From contig OY761159.2 of the NCBI GenBank assembly GCA_963664395.2, positions 1,600,001 to 1,664,000 on the forward strand: a DNA stretch of 64,000 nt. The letters are read 5' to 3'. Below are positions 37,953 through 47,435 of this stretch, in pieces. Source of the stretch: Candidatus Binatia bacterium (lineage in GTDB: Bacteria; Desulfobacterota; Binatia; Bin18). Each line of letters begins with the position of its first letter. Position 1 is the stretch's first letter. A program made the position numbers and the translations under genes. The notes beneath the pieces are model-generated. The model saw nothing but the letters and a program-made list of their open reading frames with translations, did no database searches and had not been told where the DNA came from.

Positions 37953-39110
37953 TTATCCTGCCAACTTCTTCTCCGTCGTCAACCAGGTAAACACCAGCGT
38001 TCCAACGCCACCGGCAACCGCACCAAAACCAAATAAAGGCCGCAGGCCGACAACATCCGACAGCAGTCCGGCCAATACCGGGCCGAGCATCATGCCGACG
38101 CTCAGCGCCATATTCAGCACGCCCATAACCGCCCCCATCCCACCCTGCTTGCCCTCCCCCACGGCCAGGGCAGTTAAGGCCGGTCCGGCGAGCGCTCCCA
38201 GCATTCCAGTGAATCCACCGATGAGCAGCAGCTCCCAAAAGCTCTGGGAAAAGATGATGGTCACAAAAGCGACGGAGGACAGGTAGCCACTGACGATAAT
38301 CAACAGCCGCTTGCTATAGCGGTCGGCCAGACGGCCAAACGGGACCTGGACGAGGCTGCTCACCAGCATATACGTGGCCATGATGATACCGATGCGAGAT
38401 TGGCTGAGGAACAGGACTTCTACGGCGAGCAGCGGTAAGAAAGAGAACCATAATCCCATCTGAATGGCCGTCACCATACGAAACAGGGTAATCCCGCGTA
38501 CACTCGGTCTGCGCAAGAGTTCGCGGTAGGACGGCGGTCGCGGCCTCTCCTCATGAGGAGAACGGGCCTCATCTAAAAAGAAGAGGACAAAGAGAAGAGC
38601 CAGGACGTTCAAGCCGCCCATCAAATAAAAACTGATAGCCATGCCATACGTATCGCTCAGCCAGCCCCCGGCCAGGGGGCCGACTCCGATACTGCTGGTC
38701 AGTGCCAGATTGAAGATGCCCATCAGCTCACCCCGCTTTTCTGCGGGAGCAAGGTCACCGACATACGCGGTCGAGATGGGAATAATGAGGGCCACCGCAA
38801 GCCCCTGGAAAAATCGGCCCAGGGTCAAGTACACGATATTCGGGGCCCACACATAGACGAGCGACATCAGGCTGCTGAGGAGCAGGCCAGCAGCAATAAA
38901 CGCCTTGCGTCCGCGCTGGTCGGACAGGCGCCCGATGGTCGGCATGAACAGTATCTGAGCTAAGGGAAAGCTGGCAAAAAAGACCCCGATACTGACTCCG
39001 GTCGCACCCAGCGTCTTGGCGTAAATCGGCATGAACGGAATCACGATACCCATGCCGAGCATGGAGGTGAAAATCGCGAGGTTCAGAATATAAAAAACGC
39101 GCCAGTTCAA
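37953..39110 (-). CDS. MFS transporter
   Basis: GRLSDQRGRK motif A and about 12 TM helices. Confidence 0.93.
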   Translation of the reverse strand: MNWRVFYILNLAIFTSMLGMGIVIPFMPIYAKTLGATGVSIGVFFASFPLAQILFMPTIGRLSDQRGRKAFIAAGLLLSSLMSLVYVWAPNIVYLTLGRFFQGLAVALIIPISTAYVGDLAPAEKRGELMGIFNLALTSSIGVGPLAGGWLSDTYGMAISFYLMGGLNVLALLFVLFFLDEARSPHEERPRPPSYRELLRRPSVRGITLFRMVTAIQMGLWFSFLPLLAVEVLFLSQSRIGIIMATYMLVSSLVQVPFGRLADRYSKRLLIIVSGYLSSVAFVTIIFSQSFWELLLIGGFTGMLGALAGPALTALAVGEGKQGGMGAVMGVLNMALSVGMMLGPVLAGLLSDVVGLRPLFGFGAVAGGVGTLVFTWLTTEKKLAG

Positions 39111-39300
39111 AATGCGGGTCCCGGAGCGGAAGGCTCAGTGGATAGATTTCTTGTTTCATACGGCTCCTCATCCGACAAGGAAGTGCGCCCGCTTTCCTCT
39201 GCTTGCCGCTTTCTGCTAAGAAAATACCCGTAGGTGTGTTCACCGCACCTCAAGAAGCGTGGGCAGCGCCCACCGACCTCTCAACTATGGAGGACCAGCT

Positions 39301-40449
39301 ATGTTTAATCATCCGGTCATTTCCGCTGATGGTCATATGGACATCCCGTGTTTGCCGGCCGCTCTTTTCACCGAGAATGCCCCGGCTCACCTCAAAGACA
39401 AAATGCCTCGGGTGGTAGACACGCCAGAGGGGAAAACCTGGGTCACGCACAATGGGACAAGTATGGGTCTGGTGGGCGGGATGGGCTCGGGCGGGCGGCA
39501 GTATATCCCAGGCCAGATTCATCGTGCCGACCGTATGGCCTCAACCGGCCTGTACGAGGATCAAAGCAAGGGTATCATGCGCACGACCGTCCCCGCGCTG
39601 CGGGTCAAGGACCAGGAACGTGACGGGGTCGTTGGAGAAGTCGTCTACGGCATCCTCGGCGCGGCCTTTCGGATTGATGACCCCGAAGTGACCGACACAG
39701 TGGTAAAGATCTATAACGATTTTGCCGCTGACTTTTGTCGAGCGGAGCCCGGTCGTTTTGCCGCGGTTGCGAGCCTGCCGGCTTCGTCTCCGGAGAAAAC
39801 AGCTGAGGAAGTGCGACGCTGTGCGAAAATAGGCCTCAAAGGAGCCGAGCTTCCCGTCCGTCACGACATGATGCCGCTGTGGCATCTCGACTGGAACCCG
39901 GTCTGGGAAGCCTCGCATGACACCGGCCTGCCGATTCATCTGCATACCATCGGTCCCAAGCTTGACATGACCTGGGCCACAGACCATCGCTCCAAACGCA
40001 TGTGGCTAGCCACCGTTCTGACTGAGTTTCAAATTGCCACCGCCGGCTTTATCGGGGCCGTCATCTATGGCGGTGCCTTGGAGCGCTACTCCCAGTGCAG
40101 AGTCGTTATTGGTGAAGCCGGGATAGGCTGGATTCCCTACGTCCTGGAACGTATGGACTATGAGTGGGAAGATCAGTTTCAGGACCTCGAACTCCGCATG
40201 AAGCCGAGTGAGTATTGGTACCGGCAGATGTACGCAACCTTTCAGCAGGATCAGACCGGCCTGGATATGATCGAGCGCGTCGGCGTCAACAACGTGATGT
40301 GGGGCTCGGACTTTCCGCATCCCGATGGGGTATGGCCGGATTCACAAGAATTTCTGCAAAAGCAGCTCGCCCATCTGTCCGAAGACGTTCGCCGCAAGCT
40401 CGTTTACGAAAACGCGGCGCAGCTGTATGGCTTTCCGATGGAGCAGTAA
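39301..40449 (+). CDS. Amidohydrolase_2-family protein
   Basis: ISADGH, IHLH, EAGIGW, WGSDFPHPD. Confidence 0.92.
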   Translation: MFNHPVISADGHMDIPCLPAALFTENAPAHLKDKMPRVVDTPEGKTWVTHNGTSMGLVGGMGSGGRQYIPGQIHRADRMASTGLYEDQSKGIMRTTVPALRVKDQERDGVVGEVVYGILGAAFRIDDPEVTDTVVKIYNDFAADFCRAEPGRFAAVASLPASSPEKTAEEVRRCAKIGLKGAELPVRHDMMPLWHLDWNPVWEASHDTGLPIHLHTIGPKLDMTWATDHRSKRMWLATVLTEFQIATAGFIGAVIYGGALERYSQCRVVIGEAGIGWIPYVLERMDYEWEDQFQDLELRMKPSEYWYRQMYATFQQDQTGLDMIERVGVNNVMWGSDFPHPDGVWPDSQEFLQKQLAHLSEDVRRKLVYENAAQLYGFPMEQ

Positions 40450-40459
40450 GGAGAGACGC

Positions 40460-41236
40460 ATGAAGATTATTCCTATCCCCGTATTGTCCGATAATTACGC
40501 CTATGTGCTTATTGATGAAGCGACCAACGAGGCCGGCGTTGTTGACCCATCCGAGGCCGGTCCGGTTGCAGCCGCGGTCAAACGCGAGGGCGTGAATTTT
40601 ACGACCATCATCAATACCCACCACCACTGGGATCATGTGGGCGGGAATAAAGAGCTGGTGCAGGAATTTCCGCAGCTCAAAGTCTACGGCCATAAGCGGG
40701 ACGAGACGCGCACGCCGTGCATTACCAACATGGTCGATGAGGGCGATACGGTCCGGATTGGCAATCTCGAAGCGCGTTTTCTCTTTATCCCGTGCCATAC
40801 CAGCGGCCATATTGCCGCCTATTTTGAAGCGGAAAAATCGGTTTTTACCGGCGATACGCTCTTTATTGCCGGTTGTGGACGTCTGTTTGAGGGAACAGCC
40901 GCAGACATGCACAACAATATGGTCACGCTGATGCAGTTACCGGACGACACCAAGATTTACTGCGGGCATGAGTACACCGTCAACAATCTGAACTTCGCCC
41001 TCAGCCTGGAGCCGGGCAATGTGAAACTCCAGGAAAAGTTACGCTGGGCCGAGGAACTGCGGGCCAAAAACCAGCCGACCATTCCGGGCACGGTAGGTGA
41101 AGAAAAAGAGATCAACCCGTTTGTGCGGGTAGACAGCCCTGAGTTGCAGGAACATGTGCAACAGTCCTTCCCTGGGCTCGCCCTCGACCCCGTGTCAGTC
41201 CTGGAAAAGACCCGCCATCTGAAAGACAACTTCTAA
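40460..41236 (+). CDS. gloB: Hydroxyacylglutathione hydrolase (glyoxalase II)
   Basis: DNYAY, THHHWDHVGG, CHTSGH, GDTLFIAGCGR, CGHEYT. Confidence 0.96.
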   Translation: MKIIPIPVLSDNYAYVLIDEATNEAGVVDPSEAGPVAAAVKREGVNFTTIINTHHHWDHVGGNKELVQEFPQLKVYGHKRDETRTPCITNMVDEGDTVRIGNLEARFLFIPCHTSGHIAAYFEAEKSVFTGDTLFIAGCGRLFEGTAADMHNNMVTLMQLPDDTKIYCGHEYTVNNLNFALSLEPGNVKLQEKLRWAEELRAKNQPTIPGTVGEEKEINPFVRVDSPELQEHVQQSFPGLALDPVSVLEKTRHLKDNF

Positions 41237-41242
41237 CTTTAG

Positions 41243-41289
41243 GGTCTGTTGAGTCTGTTGAGTCTGACCCAAAGGACCCAACAGACTCA
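41243..41289. repeat. GTCTGTTGA tandem with inverted copy (REP-like hairpin)
   Basis: GTCTGTTGA x2 plus GTCTG, then AACAGACTCA pairing with TGAGTCTGTT. Confidence 0.6.
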
Positions 41290-41309
41290 TTCGGAGCACG
41301 GCATAAGGT

Positions 41310-41762
41310 ATGTCCACCGCGTCTTCTTTTGTGCTTTCCCTGGGGCTAGGTGTATTCCTGACCTCGTGTAGCCTGTTCGACACTACCGTCCTCGAACAAC
41401 AGCGCGCGGAGATCGAACGTTTACGCCAGGAAGCCGAGCAGTTGCGGCGAGATACTGAGGCCCTCCAGCAACAACGTACCCAGCAGCAACAGCAAACCGA
41501 GGCGTGCAACCGGGCGTTTAGTGACTTTGATTCCGCCAGAAAAGCGACCGATGATGCGGCCGCGGTGGCCTATTATAAAGCCGGCTTAGCCATCTGTCCG
41601 AGCGATGATGTTGCCCATTATGAGCTGGGAGAAATCTATGTGCGCCTTGGTCAGACGGAGGCGGCGCGGGCCGAGTTTGCCGAGGCGCTGCAAATCAATC
41701 CCGGTTTTTCACGTGCACAGCGCCAACTGGATAGCCTGGGGGGAGCAATTTCGTCTCCCTAG
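41310..41762 (+). CDS. TPR lipoprotein with coiled coil
   Basis: Lipobox LTSC, Q-rich coil, TPR AHYELGEIY...ALQINP. Confidence 0.8.
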   Translation: MSTASSFVLSLGLGVFLTSCSLFDTTVLEQQRAEIERLRQEAEQLRRDTEALQQQRTQQQQQTEACNRAFSDFDSARKATDDAAAVAYYKAGLAICPSDDVAHYELGEIYVRLGQTEAARAEFAEALQINPGFSRAQRQLDSLGGAISSP

Positions 41763-42736
41763 CTATACAACACGTCCTGCACCGCGCGGACGACTTTTTC
41801 AACACTTGGTAACACTTCATGTTCCAGGTTTTTGGCATACGGCATGGGCACGTCTTCACCAGTCACCCGCACAACAGGCGCGTCCAGATAATCAAAGCCC
41901 TCTTTCATAATGCGGTAGGCGATCTCAGCCCCAAGACCGGCAAACGGCCAGCCTTCCTCCAGGATAATACAGCGGTTCGTCTTTCTGACTGAATCAAAAA
42001 TCATCTGGTCATCAAGCGGGCGTAGAGTCCGCGGATCAATCACTTCGAGTTCAATGCCTTCTTTTGCCAGTTCTCTTGCCGCATCCAGAGCGGTATGCAC
42101 CATCTTGGACCACGCCACAATGGTCACGTCCGTGCCGCTGCGTTTGACCTCGCCCTGGCCGAGTGGAATGCGGTACTCCTCCTCCCGGACCTCACCTTTT
42201 CGGCCGTACAAGACTTCACCCTCAATAAAGATCACTGGGTTTTCATCTCGGATGGCCGTTTTCAGCAGGCCCTTGGCATCGGCAGGAGTTGAGGGCGCAA
42301 CGACCTTCAGTCCCGGTACATAGGCGTACAGGCTCTCGACTGCTTGGGAATGCTGAGCGGCAAGCTGGTGAGCGGCCCCGCCCGGCCCGCGAAACACGAT
42401 GGGCAGGGTAATTTGTCCACCCGACATATAGCGCAGCTTGGCCGCGTTGTTGACTAATTGGTCATAGGCGCACAGCGAAAAATTCCAGGTCATAAACTCA
42501 ATGATAGGTCGCAGCCCAACCATAGCCGCCCCTATCCCAACCCCCGCAAAGCCAGTTTCTGCAATAGGCGTATCCACCACTCGGCGTTCACCAAAACGGT
42601 CGAGCAGTCCCTCAGAAACTTTGTACGCCCCATTATAATGGCCGACCTCTTCGCCCATGAGGAAAACGCGCTCGTCACGTTCCATCTCCTCAGTCATGGC
42701 CTCTCGCAAAGCCTCTCGGTATGTCAGCTCCCGCAT
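41759..42736 (-). CDS. pdhB: Pyruvate dehydrogenase E1 beta
   Basis: GEEVG.YNGAYK, DTPIAE, EFMTWNF, AAQHSQ, PMPYA. Confidence 0.96.
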   Translation of the reverse strand: MRELTYREALREAMTEEMERDERVFLMGEEVGHYNGAYKVSEGLLDRFGERRVVDTPIAETGFAGVGIGAAMVGLRPIIEFMTWNFSLCAYDQLVNNAAKLRYMSGGQITLPIVFRGPGGAAHQLAAQHSQAVESLYAYVPGLKVVAPSTPADAKGLLKTAIRDENPVIFIEGEVLYGRKGEVREEEYRIPLGQGEVKRSGTDVTIVAWSKMVHTALDAARELAKEGIELEVIDPRTLRPLDDQMIFDSVRKTNRCIILEEGWPFAGLGAEIAYRIMKEGFDYLDAPVVRVTGEDVPMPYAKNLEHEVLPSVEKVVRAVQDVLYS

Positions 42737-42782
42737 ATGTTTGCTCTCCGCTTCCCTCTCCCTCAGAGAGAGTGTCCTGCTC

Positions 42783-43805
42783 TTACGCGCTCGCCTGCTG
42801 ACGGCGCTTTTCGAGCGGCACGACCTTTTCGTCCTGCTCATGTTGGTCTGGTTCGTAGTAGATGGCATCGAACAGTGTTGATACGTCGGGCGGCGGCGAT
42901 TCATCGGCAAATTTCACTGCCCTGGCTACTTCCTGTTTGGCCTCTTCGTCAATGGCTTTGAGCTGTTCTTCATTGGCAATACCCAAGGCGTAGATACGTT
43001 CGGCCAAAAGCCGGATGGGATCACGTTTCATCCACTCTTTGACTTCTTCTTTGGTTCGGTACTTCGCCGGGTCGGACATGGAGTGGCCCCGAAAACGATA
43101 CGTCTTGGCTTCAATGAGAATGGGCAGGCTTTCCGTGCGGGCGCGTTTGGCCGCATGGCGGATGACTTCCCGGACTTCGAGCACATCGTCGCCGTTCACA
43201 ATCTCCTGCGCCATGGGATAGCCCTTGGCCCGCACGGCGACATCCTCAACCGCCAGGGTCCGATACAACGGCGTACCCATGGAATATAAATTATTCTCGC
43301 AGATAAAAACGACGGGCAGTTTCCACAGCGCAGCCAGTGACAGGCCCTCGTGAAAGGCGCCCATATTCGCCGTGCCTTCTCCAAAGAAGCAGAGGGTGAC
43401 ATCCGACTCGCCCCGATATTTCGAGGCAAAGGCAATACCCGCGGCTATGGGCACATGACCGCCGACGATAGCATGGCCGCCCATAAAACGTTTGGCGATA
43501 TCAAAATAGTGCATGGAGCCACCTCGGCCTTTGGCACAACCATCGACTTTGCCAAACAATTCCGCCATGGCCGCATTCATATCCCCAACACGGGCCAGGT
43601 AATGGCCATGATCCCGATACGTCGCAACGATGTAATCGGTGGGCTTAACCGCCGACATGGCGCCAACCGCAACCGCCTCTTGGCCATTATACAAATGCAG
43701 AAAGCCACCAATCTTGCCCCGCGAATACGAACGGGCCGCTTCTTCTTCAAAGCGCCGAATGCGAATCATGTCGCGGTAGAGTGAAAGCATAAGGGTCTTA
43801 TCCAT
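42783..43805 (-). CDS. pdhA: Pyruvate dehydrogenase E1 alpha
   Basis: GGFLHLYNGQEA, GRGGSMH, FGEG..ENN, TYRFRGHSMSDP. Confidence 0.96.
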   Translation of the reverse strand: MDKTLMLSLYRDMIRIRRFEEEAARSYSRGKIGGFLHLYNGQEAVAVGAMSAVKPTDYIVATYRDHGHYLARVGDMNAAMAELFGKVDGCAKGRGGSMHYFDIAKRFMGGHAIVGGHVPIAAGIAFASKYRGESDVTLCFFGEGTANMGAFHEGLSLAALWKLPVVFICENNLYSMGTPLYRTLAVEDVAVRAKGYPMAQEIVNGDDVLEVREVIRHAAKRARTESLPILIEAKTYRFRGHSMSDPAKYRTKEEVKEWMKRDPIRLLAERIYALGIANEEQLKAIDEEAKQEVARAVKFADESPPPDVSTLFDAIYYEPDQHEQDEKVVPLEKRRQQASA

Positions 43806-44029
43806 ACTGATTCCCTCGCTATCGATTGTTCCGTCTTTTGACGATCCTTGCCAGGGTAGGCCACTCTGCGGTCCGGTTGCAAGCGGGTTAAGACAAAATG
43901 TCTGAGCGCTCAATATGGGCGAACGCTGGATTCTGGACAGTGGGAGAGCCAGAGAATCTGGAGAAAGAGGCGCGAGATCCAGCCTAGGAACCGCTAGCAA
44001 TTCGTGCCGTCGGAGACGGGCTTGAGTCA

Positions 44030-46231
44030 TTACGTTTGGTGCATGAACGCCCGCACCAGCCGGATTTCCTCATAGGTGTAGTCTTCGCCCAGCATCGCTT
44101 TGACCGGAGCCAGGGCGGTGGCGCCGGAGCGGTCTATCGCGCGTCTAATGGCCTCCAGACGGTCCGCCGCCGGTAGCAATGGGCGGAGGTCAACGTCCTC
44201 GCCGTCGGCGACTAGCTTTTCAACATGGCCCACTACCGTGCGGAGAGAGAGGCCGCGTTCTTCTGCGACCTCAGCAAGTGACCGGCCCTGCTCAAGCAAC
44301 TGTTTCGTTGCAATATGCGTTGAACCTTGTCGACTCACCTTACTGCCTTGCGACTCTCTGCCACGTCGCAGGACCGGTACAGAGCGCTCCGCAAGACCCT
44401 GCTCATCGGCGTGCGAACGAATAACCTCCAGAAACGCCTCGCCCCACTGCTCCAGTTTCGCCGCGCCCACCCCCGAGATATGAGACAGGCTGTCGCGGCT
44501 CTGGGGCAAATAGGCCGCCATCTGCCGCAGCGTCCGGTCGCCGAAAATGACGTACGGCGGCACGTTGCGTTCCGTGGCGAGCCGGCGGCGTAGCCCGCGC
44601 AGCTTGTCAAACAACGCCGGGTCGTAGGCATCCTCAGCCTCGCTTGCCGGCGCGTCACGTCTGCGCCACGCCAGCGCCGGGTCGGAGCCGGTACGGTGTG
44701 GGGCCGGTTCGTCCCGTTTGGCGCGCGTGAGGGTCAGATTCTCTCGGTTCTTGAGGAACTTCCGGCCCGCCGCGGTCACGCCCAGGGTGGCATATTCGCG
44801 GCTGTTCTTGCCAAGCAAGCCCTTGGCGAGCAAAAGCTCGGCCAGTTCTTTGAGGTCGGCATCGGACAGGTCGGCGACGATACCGTATACGCTTAACTTG
44901 TCGTGCCGCAGCTCCCGCACGCGTTTCGTGTCAGCGCCGCGCAGTACCTGGCTCACGTGGGCGAGGCCGAAGCGCTCGCCCGTACGCACCACTGCCGACA
45001 GGATTTTTTGGGCGATGAGGGTGGCGTCGAACTCCTCGCGGGGCGTGAGGCAGACGTCGCAGCCCGCGCAGTTGTCCTGCGGCCAGTCCTCGCCGAAGTA
45101 GGTCAACAGATATTTTCGGCGGCAGGTCTGCACACCGCAGAACTCAATCATCCGCGCCAGCTTATCCTGCGCGTTGCGCCGCTCCGCCGCGTCCTCTATC
45201 TGGTCGATGAAAATATCCTGTTTCACCTTGTCGCCGTAGGAGTAGAACAGAACACACTCGCTGAGCAGGCCGTCGCGTCCAGCGCGGCCCGTCTCCTGGT
45301 AGTAGCCTTCGATTGACTTGGGCAGGTCATAGTGCACGACCAGCCGGACATCCGGCTTGTCTATACCCATCCCGAAGGCGATGGTCGCCACGATGATGAG
45401 CGCGTCGTCGCGGATGAATTTCTCCTGAGTCTCGCTCCGTACTGTATTGTCCAGGCCGGCGTGGTAGGGCAGTGCGGAAAGACCCCTGTCACACAGGCTG
45501 GCAGCCAGGTCTTCCGTGCTCTTACGGGAAAAGCAGTACACGATGCACGACTCGCCCCGGTACTTGTGCAGCAGGTCCGCCAGCGCAGCCACGGAGTTTC
45601 GCTTGGGCCGCACGGTGTAGGTCAGATTGGCACGGTTGAAGCTGGCGATGAACTCTTGCGACTGGGTCAATTCGAGTTGTTCGGCAACGTCACGGCGGAC
45701 CAGCTCGGTCGCGGTGGCGGTCAGGGCGATGAACGGGACGCCCGGCAGGAGACGGCGCAGATCAACCAAGTTGCGGTAGTCGGGCCGGAACTCGTGCCCC
45801 CACATGGAGATGCAGTGCGCCTCGTCCACGGCGACGAGGCTGACCTTCAGCTCGGCCAGGAAATCCTGGAAGCCGGATAACGCCAGCCGCTCCGGGGCGA
45901 CGTACAGGATTTTGACCGCGTTCCGCCGGACGCGCGTCCGCACGCTGTTCAGTTCCGGGTAGGTCAGGCTGCTGTTGATGAACTCCGCGGCAATCCCGTT
46001 GGCCTTGAGCGTATCCACCTGGTCTTTCATCAGGGCGATCAGTGGCGAGATCACCAGCGTCAGCCCGTCGAAGCGCAGCGCCGGCAACTGATAGCACAGG
46101 GATTTCCCGCCGCCGGTGGGCATCAGGACCAGCGTGTCGCGCCGTTCCAGCACGCTGGCGATGATCTCGGCTTGTAGCGGACGGAACTCGTCGTAGCCGA
46201 AATGTTTCTTGAGCAGGTCCAGCACGGTCAC
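44030..46231 (-). CDS. recQ: RecQ helicase (RQC, HRDC, C-terminal HTH)
   Basis: MPTGGGKSLCYQLP, DEAHCIS.WGHEFRP, ATIAFGMGIDK, QETGRAGRDG, PPYVIF. Confidence 0.97.
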   Translation of the reverse strand: MTVLDLLKKHFGYDEFRPLQAEIIASVLERRDTLVLMPTGGGKSLCYQLPALRFDGLTLVISPLIALMKDQVDTLKANGIAAEFINSSLTYPELNSVRTRVRRNAVKILYVAPERLALSGFQDFLAELKVSLVAVDEAHCISMWGHEFRPDYRNLVDLRRLLPGVPFIALTATATELVRRDVAEQLELTQSQEFIASFNRANLTYTVRPKRNSVAALADLLHKYRGESCIVYCFSRKSTEDLAASLCDRGLSALPYHAGLDNTVRSETQEKFIRDDALIIVATIAFGMGIDKPDVRLVVHYDLPKSIEGYYQETGRAGRDGLLSECVLFYSYGDKVKQDIFIDQIEDAAERRNAQDKLARMIEFCGVQTCRRKYLLTYFGEDWPQDNCAGCDVCLTPREEFDATLIAQKILSAVVRTGERFGLAHVSQVLRGADTKRVRELRHDKLSVYGIVADLSDADLKELAELLLAKGLLGKNSREYATLGVTAAGRKFLKNRENLTLTRAKRDEPAPHRTGSDPALAWRRRDAPASEAEDAYDPALFDKLRGLRRRLATERNVPPYVIFGDRTLRQMAAYLPQSRDSLSHISGVGAAKLEQWGEAFLEVIRSHADEQGLAERSVPVLRRGRESQGSKVSRQGSTHIATKQLLEQGRSLAEVAEERGLSLRTVVGHVEKLVADGEDVDLRPLLPAADRLEAIRRAIDRSGATALAPVKAMLGEDYTYEEIRLVRAFMHQT

Positions 46232-46237
46232 GTTTCC

Positions 46238-46315
46238 CTATCCCCGCCGCGCGTCTTCAGGCATTTCGCGGGCATGACGACGTGCTTTCGGTGTGATCTC
46301 TCCGCCGTCCAGCAT
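46238..46315 (-). repeat. Diverged duplicate of the last 26 codons of recN (48820-48897)
   Basis: MLDGGEITPKARRHAREMPEDARRG* versus MLGGVEITPEARRHAREMLEGARRG*; 58/78 nt identical, ungapped (manual count). Confidence 0.92.
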
Positions 46316-46500
46316 TGATAAAATTGTTTAATGAAACGCCCTGGCGGTGGGCGAGGTCTTGAGCTTTACGCTTCAAGTCATCGCGCATACGAAGGGAAAG
46401 CATCGCCATAGTATCGTCTCCTGTCTCTTACAGATAACGAGCCACTAACTCCTGAGGCGTCATCACCCGCCATCCCAATTGGGGCAGATCGGCCGAGCCG
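46316..46500 (-). pseudogene. Truncated TA pair: PIN-type toxin tail and RHH antitoxin head
   Basis: ..LPQLGWRVMTPQELVARYL* (stop 46428), AGGAG RBS, then MAMLSLRMRDDLKRKAQDLAHRQGVSLNNFI cut at the recN copy. Confidence 0.65.
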
Positions 46501-46576
46501 GAATGCCTACAATGAGCTGAAACATTTTTTCCCGCAAGTCGTTCTTGCAATCAGGGAGGCGAAAAACGATCCCGGC

Positions 46577-46607
46577 TTGACAAGCGGACAAAAATGTCCG
46601 TTATAAG
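46577..46607 (+). promoter_or_regulatory. hicAB promoter with operator
   Basis: TTGACA, CGGACA-AAAA-TGTCCG palindrome, TTATAAG; probable leaderless GTG at 46612. Confidence 0.65.
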
Positions 46608-46611
46608 AGTT

Positions 46612-46818
46612 GTGACGGGTAATGAATTCATCCGCAAAGTGAGAAAACTGGGTCGAGCAAATAAAGTGACGATTCGGTTTGTTGCCCGTCGCGGAAAAGG
46701 TAGCCACGGAACATTATTCTATGGTTCACAGTTCACAATCGTTCGGAACCCCAAGGCTGAGCTCAAAACAGGAACGCTTCGGGCTATGCTTGACCAACTC
46801 GGTATCAACGACTTGTAG
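46612..46818 (+). CDS. hicA: HicA toxin
   Basis: RGKGSHGTL, ELKTGTLRAML.QLGI. Confidence 0.9.
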   Translation: MTGNEFIRKVRKLGRANKVTIRFVARRGKGSHGTLFYGSQFTIVRNPKAELKTGTLRAMLDQLGINDL

Positions 46819-46827
46819 GAGACGCCT

Positions 46828-47265
46828 GTGCAAAGCTTCATTTATCCTGCCAGACTGAAACCCGATAGAGTGGATGGTGGCTTTGTTGTCACATTCACCG
46901 ATCTGCCTGAAGCCATTACTCAGGGAGAAGCTGTTGAAGATGCCCTCAACGAGGCGGCCGACTGCCTTGACGAAGCCATTGTCAATCGGATTGTCACGGG
47001 CCTACCTATCCCCCTGCCGTCTGTTGTCAAGAAAGGGTGCTATCCGGTGCCGCTGGCTGCGCACAGTGCGGCCAAGGCCGCGCTCTATCTCGCTCTCCAA
47101 GAGGCCCGGGTGACAAAGGCAGACCTGGCAAGGCGACTGGACTGTGACGAGAAAGAGGTACGTCGTTTGCTGGACCCCCGCCATCCGTCGAAACTGCCTC
47201 GGCTTGAGGCTGCCCTGGCAGCAATAGGCCGGCGTTTGATTGTTGGGTTCCAAGCAACTGCTTGA
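46828..47265 (+). CDS. hicB: HicB antitoxin
   Basis: FVVTFTDLPEAITQG, C-terminal HTH LARRL..KEVRRLLDP. Confidence 0.92.
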   Translation: MQSFIYPARLKPDRVDGGFVVTFTDLPEAITQGEAVEDALNEAADCLDEAIVNRIVTGLPIPLPSVVKKGCYPVPLAAHSAAKAALYLALQEARVTKADLARRLDCDEKEVRRLLDPRHPSKLPRLEAALAAIGRRLIVGFQATA

Positions 47266-47435
47266 GACGGGCGGGCATTCCCGATCACATCCGATCATTC
47301 TCTTACCAACTGAAAAGGCCCAGGAAGCATAGAACATTTGCGCTCGCTTGGGGTACCGCCAAACGTGTCACTCCCTTGCCTTCCTTAACATCTTCACGGC
47401 CTTCGCTTCCTGGCGCAACTCTCTGTCGTTTCAGT

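Noticed and set aside
43806-44030. Long N-terminal extensions in the ORF track (pdhA, pdhB, cmk, cofC, MMPL, gloB)
   Set aside because: Downstream starts match family N-termini, RBS positions or stop/start overlaps better.
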